A stretch of 64,000 nt of DNA, from NCBI RefSeq assembly GCF_018350175.1, contig NC_058368.1:190218001-190282000 (forward strand), read 5' to 3'. Below are positions 13,750 through 25,743 of this stretch, piece by piece. The DNA is from Felis catus. Taxonomy: Eukaryota. The position numbers and the translations under genes were made by a program. Numbering within the stretch: the first letter of the stretch is position 1; each line of letters begins with the position of its first letter. The notes under the pieces are model-generated. The model saw only the letters and a program-made list of their open reading frames with translations. It did not search any database and was not told the origin of the DNA.

Positions 13750-16140
13750 TCTTATAGTAAGAGAAGTCCAGACTACATGGAGATACCGTATCTCACTGAT
13801 AGATTTGGCAAAACCCTGTAAGTCTGATGACATATACCTGTTGACATGTACTTCTGTGGAGAACCAGGTCCTCTCAAACATTGTTGGTAAGGATATAAAT
13901 GTAAAATGGCACAAGGAAGGAAATCTGGCAATATCTAACAAACTTGTATGAGCATTTTATTCTTTGACCAGCAATCCCACTTCTAGGAAACTATCCCAAA
14001 GACACTTTGATAAAAGCACCAAAAGACATATGCACAAGGCTATTCACTGCAAAACTGCCTGTAATAGCAAAAGACTGGAAAATGAAAATGTCCCTCAACA
14101 GAAGACTGTCTGAACAGACTATGATACAGTCACACAGTGAGGTACAAGGCAACAGTAAAAGGAATGAGGAATCTATCTTACCCACAACTGTGGGGTCATC
14201 TCCAGGATATGGTGTATACAGTATACTGTCATTTATATAAGAAATCAGTGATGCATATACACACACAAATATTAAACAAACAATGGAAGGATAAACCATC
14301 TAATTTTAAAAAGTGGCTACCTATGGGGAAGAGTGATAAGTAGGAACATGGTTAAGGGGTTGGGGATAGAGGCTAGAATTCTTTGAATATACCTTGTTTT
14401 GTAGATTTGACTGTGAAACCATATATTTTATATAATTTAAAATAAAATTTAAATTTAAAAAGCAACTGCCACCCCCCACCAAAGTAAAATAAAACAAATA
14501 AAGGTATATTTATATTAGTTGTTGGCATAACTACACAGAAAGGACCTATTCCAAGTGATTTTAAAAATTCAGAAATTTGAGCCTACATTTCTGGTAGGAG
14601 ATACTCTAAAAACAATGAAGTGTTGTAAAAAATATCTCGAGCTTTTTTCCACTAATTATACTGGTGTGCTGTTGCAGTGAGAATGTCCGAATGCAGTGTG
14701 AGGTAAAATAAATTAGTAATTATGGAATGCTCTACCATCCCTGGTGGTGTTGAGAACTGGCATTCTTGATGTGAGAGAAAGAGATATAAGACCACATAAA
14801 CCAAATAGTCCTGAATATGAATTCGAGGTTATCAATAAGAAGTCATCACGTTTTAACTTTAAATAGACATACATACGTCTGTCTGTCTGTATGTGTGTGT
14901 GTGTTTATTTCCTAGTTCTGTGCCCCAAAAAGACAAAGACACAATGACCAACCCATGAGCAATGAGCAACTTGAGTGCCAGGCTGTGGTCTGCAAATACC
15001 ATTTCCTGCTAAAAACATCAATGCTCCTTGGAGAAACAGCTCAGTCCAGGTCTGGGACAGGAAGTGTGTAAGAAAGGCTTAGAACAAGTTGTCGCAGCAG
15101 AAAGCAAGGAAGCAGCTCTCTATCTATGACTATGTCTGAGGGACCCAGGAGCCAACCTGAGGCAGCTTCTGCTGGCCGAGGATGGGACACTGTGCATCAG
15201 TTAGCATAACTCAATGCACCTGACGCAGTGTCAAATATGTCTACATCCATGAGATCCTAAAGATACCTAATAACATTTTGGTTTTTATTACTTTGTTATT
15301 GTTGGAAGATGCCAGTGAACCAAACTTTGTGTTGAAAGTAGGTAAATAAAAGGAAAAAGGCAAGTATTTAATGTGCTTTTCCTATACAAACCGACCACTG
15401 GATAACCAAATTGCAGCCCCTAAAATGGAGAGAGGCACTGATTGATCATCAACTGCTAACATCACTAAATTAAAAGACAATGAGACATTAGGTGCCTCCT
15501 GATGGAAAACCATACCATCATCTTATGAAAAACGCTGGACCCAAAGCGAAACGCTGGAGTCTAATCAAGCCTTTGACACTCATTCACAAGAAATGTATAG
15601 GACAGAAAAACATCTTAGAATATCACTGCATTGATATATCACCACAGTGATATAAATAGTAAAATACAACCTATGGGAAACTCTGCAGGACAAATGACTC
15701 AGTGTCTTCAGCAAATAAATTCCATGGGGGAAAAAAAGACATGGAAGGGAAGCTATAGCCCGTTATCAGACTATCGCAGTGTGTCCATCACCTTATTTGG
15801 ATCCTCTTTCAAACAATCCACCATAAGAAAACCATTTCTGAGGGAATTAGAAAATTTACTAGTAACTGGGCATCTGATAACATTAAGGAAATAGTGTTAT
15901 TATTTTTGAGATATAACATCAAGGTTGTATTTGAAAAGAGTTATCGCCTAGAAATGCCTACTAAAATACGGATAAAATGATACAGGGGTTTGCTTCCAAA
16001 TAATACTAGAGGAGGAGGACGTGAGTAACAACAGAAGAAACAAAACTGGCCGTGAGTGAATAATTGTTAATGCTATGTGATGCTTACACAGGGATTTATT
16101 ATATTTTTCTATCCAATTTTATAGAAGTTTGAAAATTTTC
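13750..16140 (+). mobile_element. Degraded old L1 (L1MC/MD/ME-type) 3' region(s)
   Basis: CTTTGACCAGCAATCCCACTTCTAGGAA, AATAGCAAAAGACTGGAAA and other L1M 3' motifs; AT-rich, fragmented. Confidence 0.55.
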
Positions 16141-16520
16141 ACAGAAACTTCAGGCTCAGTGTATATACACTACCAGCTCTCATCCATCGTCTCTTCTTTC
16201 ACCTTCCCTGACTCCTACTTGCCATGGTCTTTCCCTTCGTCTTTCTCATGCAACCTGCATTTCTTCTGGACTTTTCACAGGCTTGACAATAACTCACCTA
16301 CCAGAATAATCCCTAAGGCTTTCCCTTTAACACAGTAAGATGCCTGCACTTCCCTTGAAGAGAATCAGCAAATGACCAGCCTACAAGCCAGTGAATTAGG
16401 AGTCTTTATTTCAGTTAATGCAACCTTTCTTTTCTCCTTCTAAATGAAACTTCTCTACTGGATTCCTGGGTTTGTTTGCAGATCATTCACTGCCCAAGGG
16501 AGGAGGAAATCAGACATTTT

Positions 16521-16724
16521 CTTTTAAATGTTTATTATTTTTGAGAGAAAGAGAGCGAGCACGAGTCTGGGAGGGACAGAGAGAGAGGGAGAAAGAATCT
16601 GAAGCAGGTTTCAGGCTCTGAGCTGTCAGCACACAGCCCGATGTGGGGCTTGAACCCATAAACCGTGACATCATGACCTGACCTGAAGTTGGACGCTCAA
16701 CCCACTGAACCAGCCAGGCACCCC
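16521..16724 (-). mobile_element. CAN-SINE
   Basis: 16-bp TSD GGAAATCAGACATTTT at 16505-16520 and 16725-16740. Confidence 0.93.
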
Positions 16725-16805
16725 GGAAATCAGACATTTTTAACTCATCCACTATAAGTCACTGCCAACTCCATCCACATCAGTCAGAAAGAAAAAAACA
16801 TTCTT

Positions 16806-17030
16806 GAGGTGCCTGGGTGGCTCAGTCGGTGGAACATCCAACTTCAGCTCAGGTCATGATCCCACAGTTTGTGAGTTTGAGCCCCATGTTGGGGTCTGTG
16901 CTGACAGCCAGGAGCTTAAGCTTGCTTCAGATTCTGTGTCTCCCTCTCTCTCTCTCTCTCTTCCCCTCCCCGGCTCATGCCCTGACTCTTTCTCTCAAAA
17001 ATAAATAAACATTTAAAAAAAAAAAAAGAA
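16806..17030 (+). mobile_element. CAN-SINE
   Basis: Head, (CT)n, poly(A); AAACATTCT flanks both sides. Confidence 0.92.
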
Positions 17031-18349
17031 AGAGGAAACATTCTGGAAATTTTAACATGTATACGTGAAAATAAGTACTTGTTTTCTGGCTCAAGTGTCC
17101 TGCCTATTATGCAATCTTCCAAGTGAGAATAATTCTTCATAGTCAGTCAATGAACATGTGACTCTTTTGCTACTTTGGAAGAGAAATTAATAAAAATACT
17201 TAAAAATTAACTGCGTTCTGGGAGCATCACTTACCACACACAGCTACCACCTCCCAGGGTGGGGTATTCATGGCAGATTTAAACTCAGCATCTTTCTAAC
17301 AAGCTCAAACACAGTGGCCTGGTTTCACCGAGAAGTAAGAACACTGGTCTCACGGGCCATCTGCTTCTGAGAAGGGCTTTAGGGGCACCAGGGCTGGGAT
17401 GACCGACGGATGCTGGGCAGGAGGGATGGGCCCCACGAGGGCCGGGTGGGTGAAAGGAGAACCTGGCTTTGGGAATGCAGGTTCTGACTAACCACACCCT
17501 AAACCCTGCTACTCTGTAAGCGAAAGAGTTGCACTGTCATTTTCTATTTGACTTTCTGGAAGGAAAAGGAAAACATAGGAAGATATTTTTACTGAAGCGG
17601 AATACCAGGCTAAGTATAGCAGTTGCGCTTGAGCTGCGGGTTCAAACCCATCATCTGCCATTTACTAGCTATATGACCATAAGCCTATTACTTAACCTCT
17701 CGAGCCTCAGTTTCCTTACCTGTAAAAGGGTGATACTTAACAACAGTCCCTGCCCTCAGTGACTTACTCTGAGGGTTATATAACATTACAGGATGTGGAA
17801 TGCTGCCCAAAGCAGGCACAGAGTAAATGTCAGCGGGTGGGTGGCCTCTTTTTAAACAGAGTGAATGGATGGATCAAATCTTGCAACAGTTCTGTAAGAA
17901 AAGAGGGCATTATTATTATCTCCACTCCCAACATCGCAACTCTATAGGTCTTTCATACTGATTTCCTCAGTCACAACTACCCTGCAGTTTCAAGAGGACA
18001 GGTGTTGCTTTTGCTGTTTTTCTAAGGAGGGCCCGGTGTTACTGAGAAGTGAAAACGGTCTTTCAAGGTCATGTGGTCAGCTGGTGGCTGAGCTAGAGCA
18101 GAAAGGGGATATCTTGACTCCCAGTTCTGTGCCCTTTCTTCTAGACCACACCTACTTTTGTGCCTTTATAAAAGGCATACCAAGGACTTTCCTTTGGCTG
18201 CAGTTTGGCCGCTTTGTCTCTGCTCAAGAAGAACAAGATTCTGCCAACCCAGAAAGATTAGGGAACTGTCACCTTTGGGTCTCATAAATATCAAAAGGCC
18301 AGGAAATATTCTCCCTGAAAATCTATCCAGTCAGAAAGCAAACAGCACA

Positions 18350-18572
18350 GGGGCGCCTGGGTGGCTCAGTCAGTTGAGTGTCCGACTTCAGCTCAGGTCA
18401 TGATCTCATGGTCTGTGAGTTCCAGCCCCGCATCGGGCTCTGCACTGACAGCTCAGAGCCTGGAGCCTGCTCTGGATTCTGTGTCTCCCTCTCTCTCTGC
18501 CCTTCCCCTACTCATGCTCTGTCTCTCTCCCTCTCTCAAAAATAAATAAATATTAAAAAAAATTTTTAAAAA
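18350..18572 (+). mobile_element. CAN-SINE
   Basis: GGGGCGCCTGGGTGGCTCAG head; AGAAAGCAAACA repeat on both flanks. Confidence 0.92.
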
Positions 18573-19244
18573 AGAAAGCAAACAATACATAATTTCAAAA
18601 AATCATAAATATATATTTATATTTACAGATATTATATAAGTAAATATGTAAATAAATATAAAAATATAAAAAGGAGGCTTAGACTCTCCCCCTTAAAAAA
18701 TATATTCTTGAGCAGCATTTCACGGAGCAAGGAAATTCAAAGAAGGAATCTGGAGTGTAGCCTGCTCTTCCATCATGAGTGTATGCTAAGTGTGTTGGGG
18801 ACTGTGTGGGGCACCCAAGTTTGCTGTGACAGGATGTGGCTCCACAGGTCAGTATTTCCCCTGCTGCTGAGACCCTTTCACAGGCCAGAGTCAGCTTCTT
18901 CACAGGTGTGGGGGCCAAGCAGGGACACAGTCACCTGTGCACACTTTACAGGATTTCCATAGATGGCACCAAAATGGACTGTGTGGCTTACCCTGAACAG
19001 GCTGGAAGGAGTTTTATAAGAACACTGCACTTATCCAGTGGTCAAACCTTGTGGCTCCAACCCCCGTCACAGCACTTTTAGTGTATTGCCTGTGGATAAA
19101 ATAAAGCCATGGGTGAGGCCACAATGCTGAGCAAGAAGCCTCACAGTGGTAGAGGGAAGGGAGAGGCAGAGCTATGCAGGATGGGGAGGGACCACACAGG
19201 TGTGGGAATCTGGGCCACATACAGAAGCAAAACTCTCTCTCTAT

Positions 19245-19311
19245 ATTTTAAAATTTTTTAAATGTTTATTTATTTTTGACAGAGACAGAGACAGAATGCA
19301 AGTGGGTTAGG

Positions 19312-19361
<50 letters not shown>

Positions 19362-19489
19362 ATCCAAAGCAGGCTCCAGGCTCTGAGCTGTCAGCACAGA
19401 GCCTGACGCGGGGCTGGAACTCACGAGCTGTGAGATCATGACTTGAGCTGAAGTTGGTCACTGAACCGACTGAGTCACCCAGGCGCCCC
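19245..19489 (-). mobile_element. CAN-SINE with expanded (GA)n tract
   Basis: Reverse head at the right end; (GA)n about 19315-19357. Confidence 0.92.
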
Positions 19490-21368
19490 AGAACTCTATA
19501 TATTTCAATAGCCTATAGAAGCATCATCAATATCACAGTACACAGAAGTCACCAAATTCCTCATACACTGCCAGAATGATCCTAGTGCTGGAGGAGACTG
19601 AAAGAAATGGTTACCTCCTTAAGAGGCCTTTCTGACTCTCCTACCTCCTCTCGGAATTCACTTTCTCCTTTGGCCCTCATTAAACCCAGCGTGTCCCTAC
19701 TTTCAGGGCATCCATAATGCTTTATTACACATTTTATCACATTTTCTCTCCTTGCCCTAAATGAAAAATTCCCCGAGGGCAGGAGCTGTGTCTAACTCAC
19801 AATCAGCTTCCCAGTACAGTATGAAGCACACCCTTGCAACTACATAAAGATTTATTCAATGAGTAGATTGGCCATTGAGCCCAAAACATCAAGAATTACA
19901 TTGCTATGTTCAAGATACCAGGATTTGAAAATTGGGGAGCAGAAAAAGGAATATAAATAGGAAAAAAAAAACTGTTTATATTTTAGAAAGAACTCCATTT
20001 TGATGGTTCAAATATTTAACATTTGAGCACTTAAAGTGAAAAGCTTCAATATTTTGTAAACACTTATCTATGAAATTAACTCTCTTCCTTCTATCACCAT
20101 ACGACCTTGATTTCACTCACCCTTCAAGGTCTCTCCCTCTACCACATGATTGTTCCTTCCTTCCCTGGAACTCCCAGGACTTCTTAAGCGTTGGTGAGGC
20201 GGTGAAATCCGAACCCTCATACATTGCTGGTAGGAATGTAAACTAGTGCAGCACTTGGGAAACAGTGTGGCAGTTCCTCAAATTTTAAAACCTAGAGTAG
20301 CCATGTGACCCAACAATTCCACTCCTAGGTACATCAGCAGTACCTCCCTTGTGATGCTTTCTGCCTGAGAAGGGTCATGAGTACAGATACTTCCTCTTCC
20401 CATGTCAGGGCAACTGTTACTAATTGATAATGTCTTTATTTCTCAGAGTTCACAGGCAGCCTCAGAATCCTTCTCACGAAATACAGAACTCCAGGGGGCC
20501 AGTAGCAAACAATCTGTGTTCGCCCATGAGAGAAAACATATACGCCCTCCCTAGGGTGGAATGATGCATGCATGTGTAAGCTTCATGAGGTTAGAGACCA
20601 TTTCTCACCCATCTCTGAAAACCTCAGAGACCTTAGCAGAGTGCTGAAGACAGATTAAGCACTGAGGAATTATGGGATGAGAGAATACACGAGCATACCC
20701 GAATCCCCTGACAACATTGGCAAAATGACATGACCTGAATTGGCCATGTCTTCATTTCTAGTTTTCCCATTCCTTCTCCTTCGCTACTGATAACACAGAT
20801 AATTTAAATGGAATATGCAGTCATGCCCTATATAAGCCTGTACAATTATTTACTTAATATTTTTTAAAAGACTTTTCACTTTTACTCTATATATTAGAAG
20901 GAAGCTCATATTACAACCACTAATAGAGAACCAGTATCACTTGCCATAAACCGAGGGAAACTAAAAACAATGAAAACAATGGATGTCATCTGGAAATCAT
21001 CTCATGTCCAGCACCGATACGTTTGTGAGAGGTGGTTTATCACGTGAGAGTGGGATGGTGAACTGGTTAGAATCCTGTCTGCCACTATTGGCTGTGTGAT
21101 CTTGGGAAGATGACAGCACATTTCTGAGCCTCATCTTCTTCACCTCTGATATGAGGAATAATAACAGTTCCTACCTCATAGATTTTGAAAAACAAAAGCC
21201 CAATAATCCATGTAAACAGCTTGGTAAGGTAGAGAGTGCTCAATAAAAGTTTCCCAACAAAACCAAATCCAGCAACAGAGAAAAAAGATTATGTATCATG
21301 ACAAAGTGAGACTTATCCCAGGAAAGGAAGACTGGTTTAACACCAACATCCCCCAAATCAATTAATGT

Positions 21369-21580
21369 GGGGCACCTGGGTGGCTCCGTCAGTTAAATGT
21401 CAGACTTCGGCTCAGGTCATGGTCTCGAGGACTGTGGGTTCAAGCCCTCCATTGGGCTCTGTGCTGACAGCTCAAAACCTGGAACCTGCTTCAGATTCTG
21501 TGTCTCTCTCTCTGCCCCTCCCCGCTCATGCTCTGTGTGTGTGTCTCTCTCTCTCAAAAATAAACAAACATTTAAAAGAT
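21369..21580 (+). mobile_element. CAN-SINE nested in L1
   Basis: Head and tail; AATTAATGTG on both flanks. Confidence 0.9.
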
Positions 21581-22477
21581 AAATTAATGTGATAAGCCAT
21601 ATCATGGAATAAAGGACAAGTCCCACAGGATCACCTCAGTACATGCAGAAAAAGTATTTGACAAAAATCTCATACTCTTTCACAAGAAAAACATTCAACA
21701 GACTAGGAACAGAAGGGAACTTCCTCAATGAGATAACGGACAGCTACCAAAAAATCCCATGGCTAATATCAGACTTAATGGTAAAAGACTGAATACTTTC
21801 CCCCCGAAAATTAGGAAGAAGACAAGGATGTCTACTCTCTCCATTTCTATTCAACATTGTACTAGAGGTCCTAGCTAGGGTAATTTGGCAAATTCTACAT
21901 ACAAAATCCACTAAAAAACGATTACAATGAATAAACATGTTTAGCAAGGTTGCGAGATACAGGATCAACACACAAACATCAATTATATCTCTATACATTA
22001 GCAATGCACAATCAAAAAAATGAAATAAAAATAATTATATTTACAACAGCATCAAAAATAATATAATATTTAGGAATAATTTTAGCAAAATAGAGGTGTA
22101 AAATGTATACTCTGAAAACTGTAAAACATTGTCACAAAAATTAAAGACCCAAATAAATGGAAAGCTCTCCCATCTTCACAGATTGAAAGACTTAATATTG
22201 TTAAGATGGCAACCTTCCCTGAATTGATACAGATCTAATGTAATCCCGATCAAAATCCCAGCTGGTGTCTGGGAAGAAACTGACAAGCTGATTCTAAAAT
22301 TCATACAGAAATTCAAAACATCCCTAAAAAAGAACAAAACCAGGGACACACATTTCCCAATTTCAAAACTTACTACAAAGCTACAGTAATAATTAAAACA
22401 GTATGGTAGTGGTATTAAGATATGGAACAGAATTGAAAATCTAAAAATAAACTCACATTTATGGTCAATTGATTTTT

Positions 22478-22695
22478 AAAAACAATTTTTTTAACGTTTA
22501 TTCATTTTTGAGACAGAGAGAGACACAGCATGAACAGGGGAGGGGCAGAGAGAGAGGGAGACACAGAATCTGAAACGGGCTCCAGGCTCTGAGCTGTCAG
22601 CACAGAGCCCGACGCGGGGCTCGAACTCTCGGACTGTGAGATCATGACCTGAGCCGAAGTTGGACGCTTAACCGACTGAGCCACCCAGGCGCCCC
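22478..22695 (-). mobile_element. CAN-SINE nested in L1 (CpG-rich, relatively young)
   Basis: Perfect 15-bp TSD GGTCAATTGATTTTT at 22463-22477 and 22696-22710. Confidence 0.93.
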
Positions 22696-24725
22696 GGTCA
22701 ATTGATTTTTGATAAGGGTACCAAGACAATTCAAGGGGGAAAGGATACGCTTTTCAACAAATGGTGCTGGACAACTGGGTATCCACATGCAAAAGAATGA
22801 AGGTAGACTTCGACCTCATACCACACAACAAATTAACTCAAAATGGACCAAAGACCTAAATGGAACAGCTACAACAATAAAACTCTTAGAAGAAAACACA
22901 AGAGTAAATCTTTGTGACTTTAGAATACATAATAACATCAAAAGGACAAGCAGTGAAAGAAAAAATAGATAAACATATATTTGATTTTATTAGCTATTAA
23001 TAGACACTATCAAAATTAAATGTAAAACTTTTGTTACTTCAAAAAACAGCATCAAGAAAGCAAAAGACAACCCACAGGATGGGAGAGACTATCTGGAAGT
23101 CATATACCTGTTATATGTGTAGAGGATATAAAGAACTCTTAAAATTCAATAATAGAAAAGCAACCCAAATGGGCAAAGGATAGACTCCAAAGAAGATAGA
23201 CAAATGGACAAAAAGCACATATAAATTTATTAATATCTTTAGCCATTGAGGAAATTCAAATCATAATCACAGTGAATTATCATTTCACATCCACTGGAAT
23301 AGCTACAACCAAGAAGACAGATAATAACAAATATTGCTGAGGATGTGAAATTGGAACCCCCCTATTTTGCTGCTAGGAATATAAAATAGTGCAGTAACTT
23401 TGGGAAATAGTCTGGCAGTCCCTACAAGTTATAAATATAGAGTTACCATAAGATTAAGCAATCCCATGCCTAGGTATAATCCTGAGAATTGAAAACATAC
23501 ATCCACACAAAAACCTGTATATGAATGTTCACTGCACCATTATTTGTAGCAGCCCCAAAGTGGAAAAAACTCAGATGTCCATCAACTGATGAGTGGATAA
23601 ATAAAATATGGTATATCCACACTATGGAATATTATTCAGCTGCAAAAAGGAATGGGGTCTAAAGGCATGGGCTACAACATGGATGGACTTTGAAAATCTG
23701 CTAAGTGAAAGAAGCATAATACGCTTTTTAAGGAAATGTCCAGGGTAGGCAAATCAAGAGAGACACTAAGTAATTAGCGGTTGCCTGGGCTTAGGGTGGA
23801 GACTGGAGGAAGTAGGTGGTGCTGCTGATGGCCATGAGGTCTCTTCTTTCCGGGGTGATGAAAATGTTATAAAATTGATCAAGATGATGGTTGCATAACT
23901 CTGTGAATATACTAAAAATTACTGAACTGTATGTTTCACATGGGTGAACTGCAGAACATGTGAATAATTCAAGCCGTTACAAAAAAAGTGTTAGTATTTG
24001 CATGAGTGCTTGGGGAAACATTGGCTGTAACATAAGCAGGAGTGGTACAAAGAGAGAGGGAGGCGGGGTAGGAGCTTGGGGAGTCTGGGAACCATGGTGC
24101 GCCTGACAAGCAGAGACTGTGTTGAATAGAAATCACCAGAAGAGGTGGGAGAGAAACAGAAAGCAACGGACACACCCACAGTACCCCACGGAGCAGCCCC
24201 TAGACTGCAGGATGAGCTGGACCACCCAAACCAGCACCTGCTCCCAAGCCTTCCACCCCAACCCTGTTTCTGTCACACTGCCAGATATCTGTCAGGTCCT
24301 GGCTGCCACACCCCGGAGGAGAGACTGCTCAGACAGGAACCACCTCTGAGCTGGGGGGATGGGCTTTGAGGTTTAGAATGAGAACAAGCCAGGTTTGTAG
24401 TTCTCCTCCCTGAGGACACTGAGGCTGAGAGACGAGATGGACCTATACAAGGTCACTTGGCTGGTTAGGGACAGAGCTGGGGCTAACTCTGTAACTTCCT
24501 GGGCAGACAAGAGGATCTAATACAGTAACAGATACGATAGAGCTGTTAAAATTTTTTTTTAAAAGGAGGAATATTAAATAGGAAGGAAGGAAGGGAGAAA
24601 ATTCTAATTTTGCAATAAAACAAAAAAGCCATATAAGAAAGGAGATAAATGAAAGGACATTGCTTAGCTCTCTTGTGATTTACACACATTTCACATTTAC
24701 AGATTTTAATAGCATAGATGCTTTT

Positions 24726-24901
24726 GAGGCACCTGGGTGTTTCAGCTGGTTAAGTTTCTGACTCCTGATTTCAGCACAGGGTTTGTGAGATCAAGCCCTG
24801 GGTTGGGTTCTGTGCTGACAGGGGATCCTGCTTGAGATTCTCTCTCTGCCCCTTCTCTGCTTGTGCTCTCTCAAAATAAATAAGTAAACATTTAAAAATA
24901 A
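24726..24901 (+). mobile_element. CAN-SINE (diverged)
   Basis: Degenerate head, tail AAATAAGTAAACATTTAAAA; TAGATGCTTT on both flanks. Confidence 0.85.
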
Positions 24902-24933
24902 TGATGTAGATGCTTTAAACATGACTTACGTTA

Positions 24934-25060
24934 GGGGAGCCTGGGTGGCTCAGCTGGTTGAGTGTCCAACTTTTGATTTTGGCTCAGGTCATGATCCCAG
25001 GGCTGTGGGATTAAGCCCTGCATAGGGCTTTGAGCTGAGTGTGGAGCCTGCTTAAGATTC

Positions 25061-25095
<35 letters not shown>

Positions 25096-25171
25096 TTCTC
25101 TCTCTCTGTTCCTCCCCACCCCCTGCTTGCTTGCTCTCCTTCTCTCTAAAAAATTAAACTTAAAAAAAAAA
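24934..25171 (+). mobile_element. CAN-SINE
   Basis: GGGGAGCCTGGGTGGCTCAG head, (CTGT)n(CT)n body, A tail. Confidence 0.9.
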
Positions 25172-25511
25172 TTTAAACATAGGTTAAAGCAGAGCTGTCA
25201 GTATATTGGGAGATGGGGGCAGGGGAGGGAGGTGGATGGTGCAAGAAAGTGAAATCTTCATCCATCACAGCAGGAAGTAAATAGATAATGCATAGAACAG
25301 ATAAATCAAGAAACAGCAGTGTAAGCATATCGTTTAGAGATCTGGAGGCAAGTGCTGGAAGAAACAGTCAGTTAGAGGTGACAGCTTCTATGGGGAGGTA
25401 GGCACTGGATGGTTGTTTTCATTACGAGTCTTTCAATACTATTTGATCTTTTTTAAAGCATGTACTGCTTTGATCGAAATTTTTAAACTTACTTTAAGAA
25501 ACAACAAGCCA

Positions 25512-25743
25512 GGGGCACCTGGGTGGCTCAGTCAGTTAAGCATCTGACTTTGGCTCAGGTCATGATCTCACAGTTCGTGGGTTGGAGCCCCGTGTTGGGC
25601 TCTGTGCTGACAGCTCGGAGCCTGGAGCCTGCTTCGGATTCTGTGTCTCCTTTTCTCTCTGTCCCTCCCCTGCTCACACTCTCTCTCTCTCCCTCTCTCA
25701 AAAATAAATAAACATTAAAAAAATTATTAAAAAAAAAAAAAAA
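25512..25743 (+). mobile_element. CAN-SINE
   Basis: Head, body, long A tail; AAGAAACAAC on both flanks. Confidence 0.92.

Larger units (their letters stand above)
21255..23985 (+). mobile_element. Degenerate L1 (ORF2 RT/C-terminal region plus 3' UTR) carrying two CAN-SINEs
   Basis: GCAGAAAAAGTATTTGACAAAA; GGAAGAAGACAAGGATGTCTACTCTC..CTATTCAACATTGTACTAGAGGTCCTAGC (ORF2 RT region); INSKWTKDLN..TIKLLEEN in ORF 22709..22972; many frameshifts. Confidence 0.88.

Noticed and set aside
16804..17008. Recurrent short ORFs of the MAQSV..PTSAQVMI type here and at many other positions
   Set aside because: Translations of CAN-SINE sequence, not a gene family
21255..23985. Possible intact L1 ORF2 or domesticated reverse transcriptase
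   Set aside because: Heavily frameshifted, internally deleted and interrupted by two SINEs
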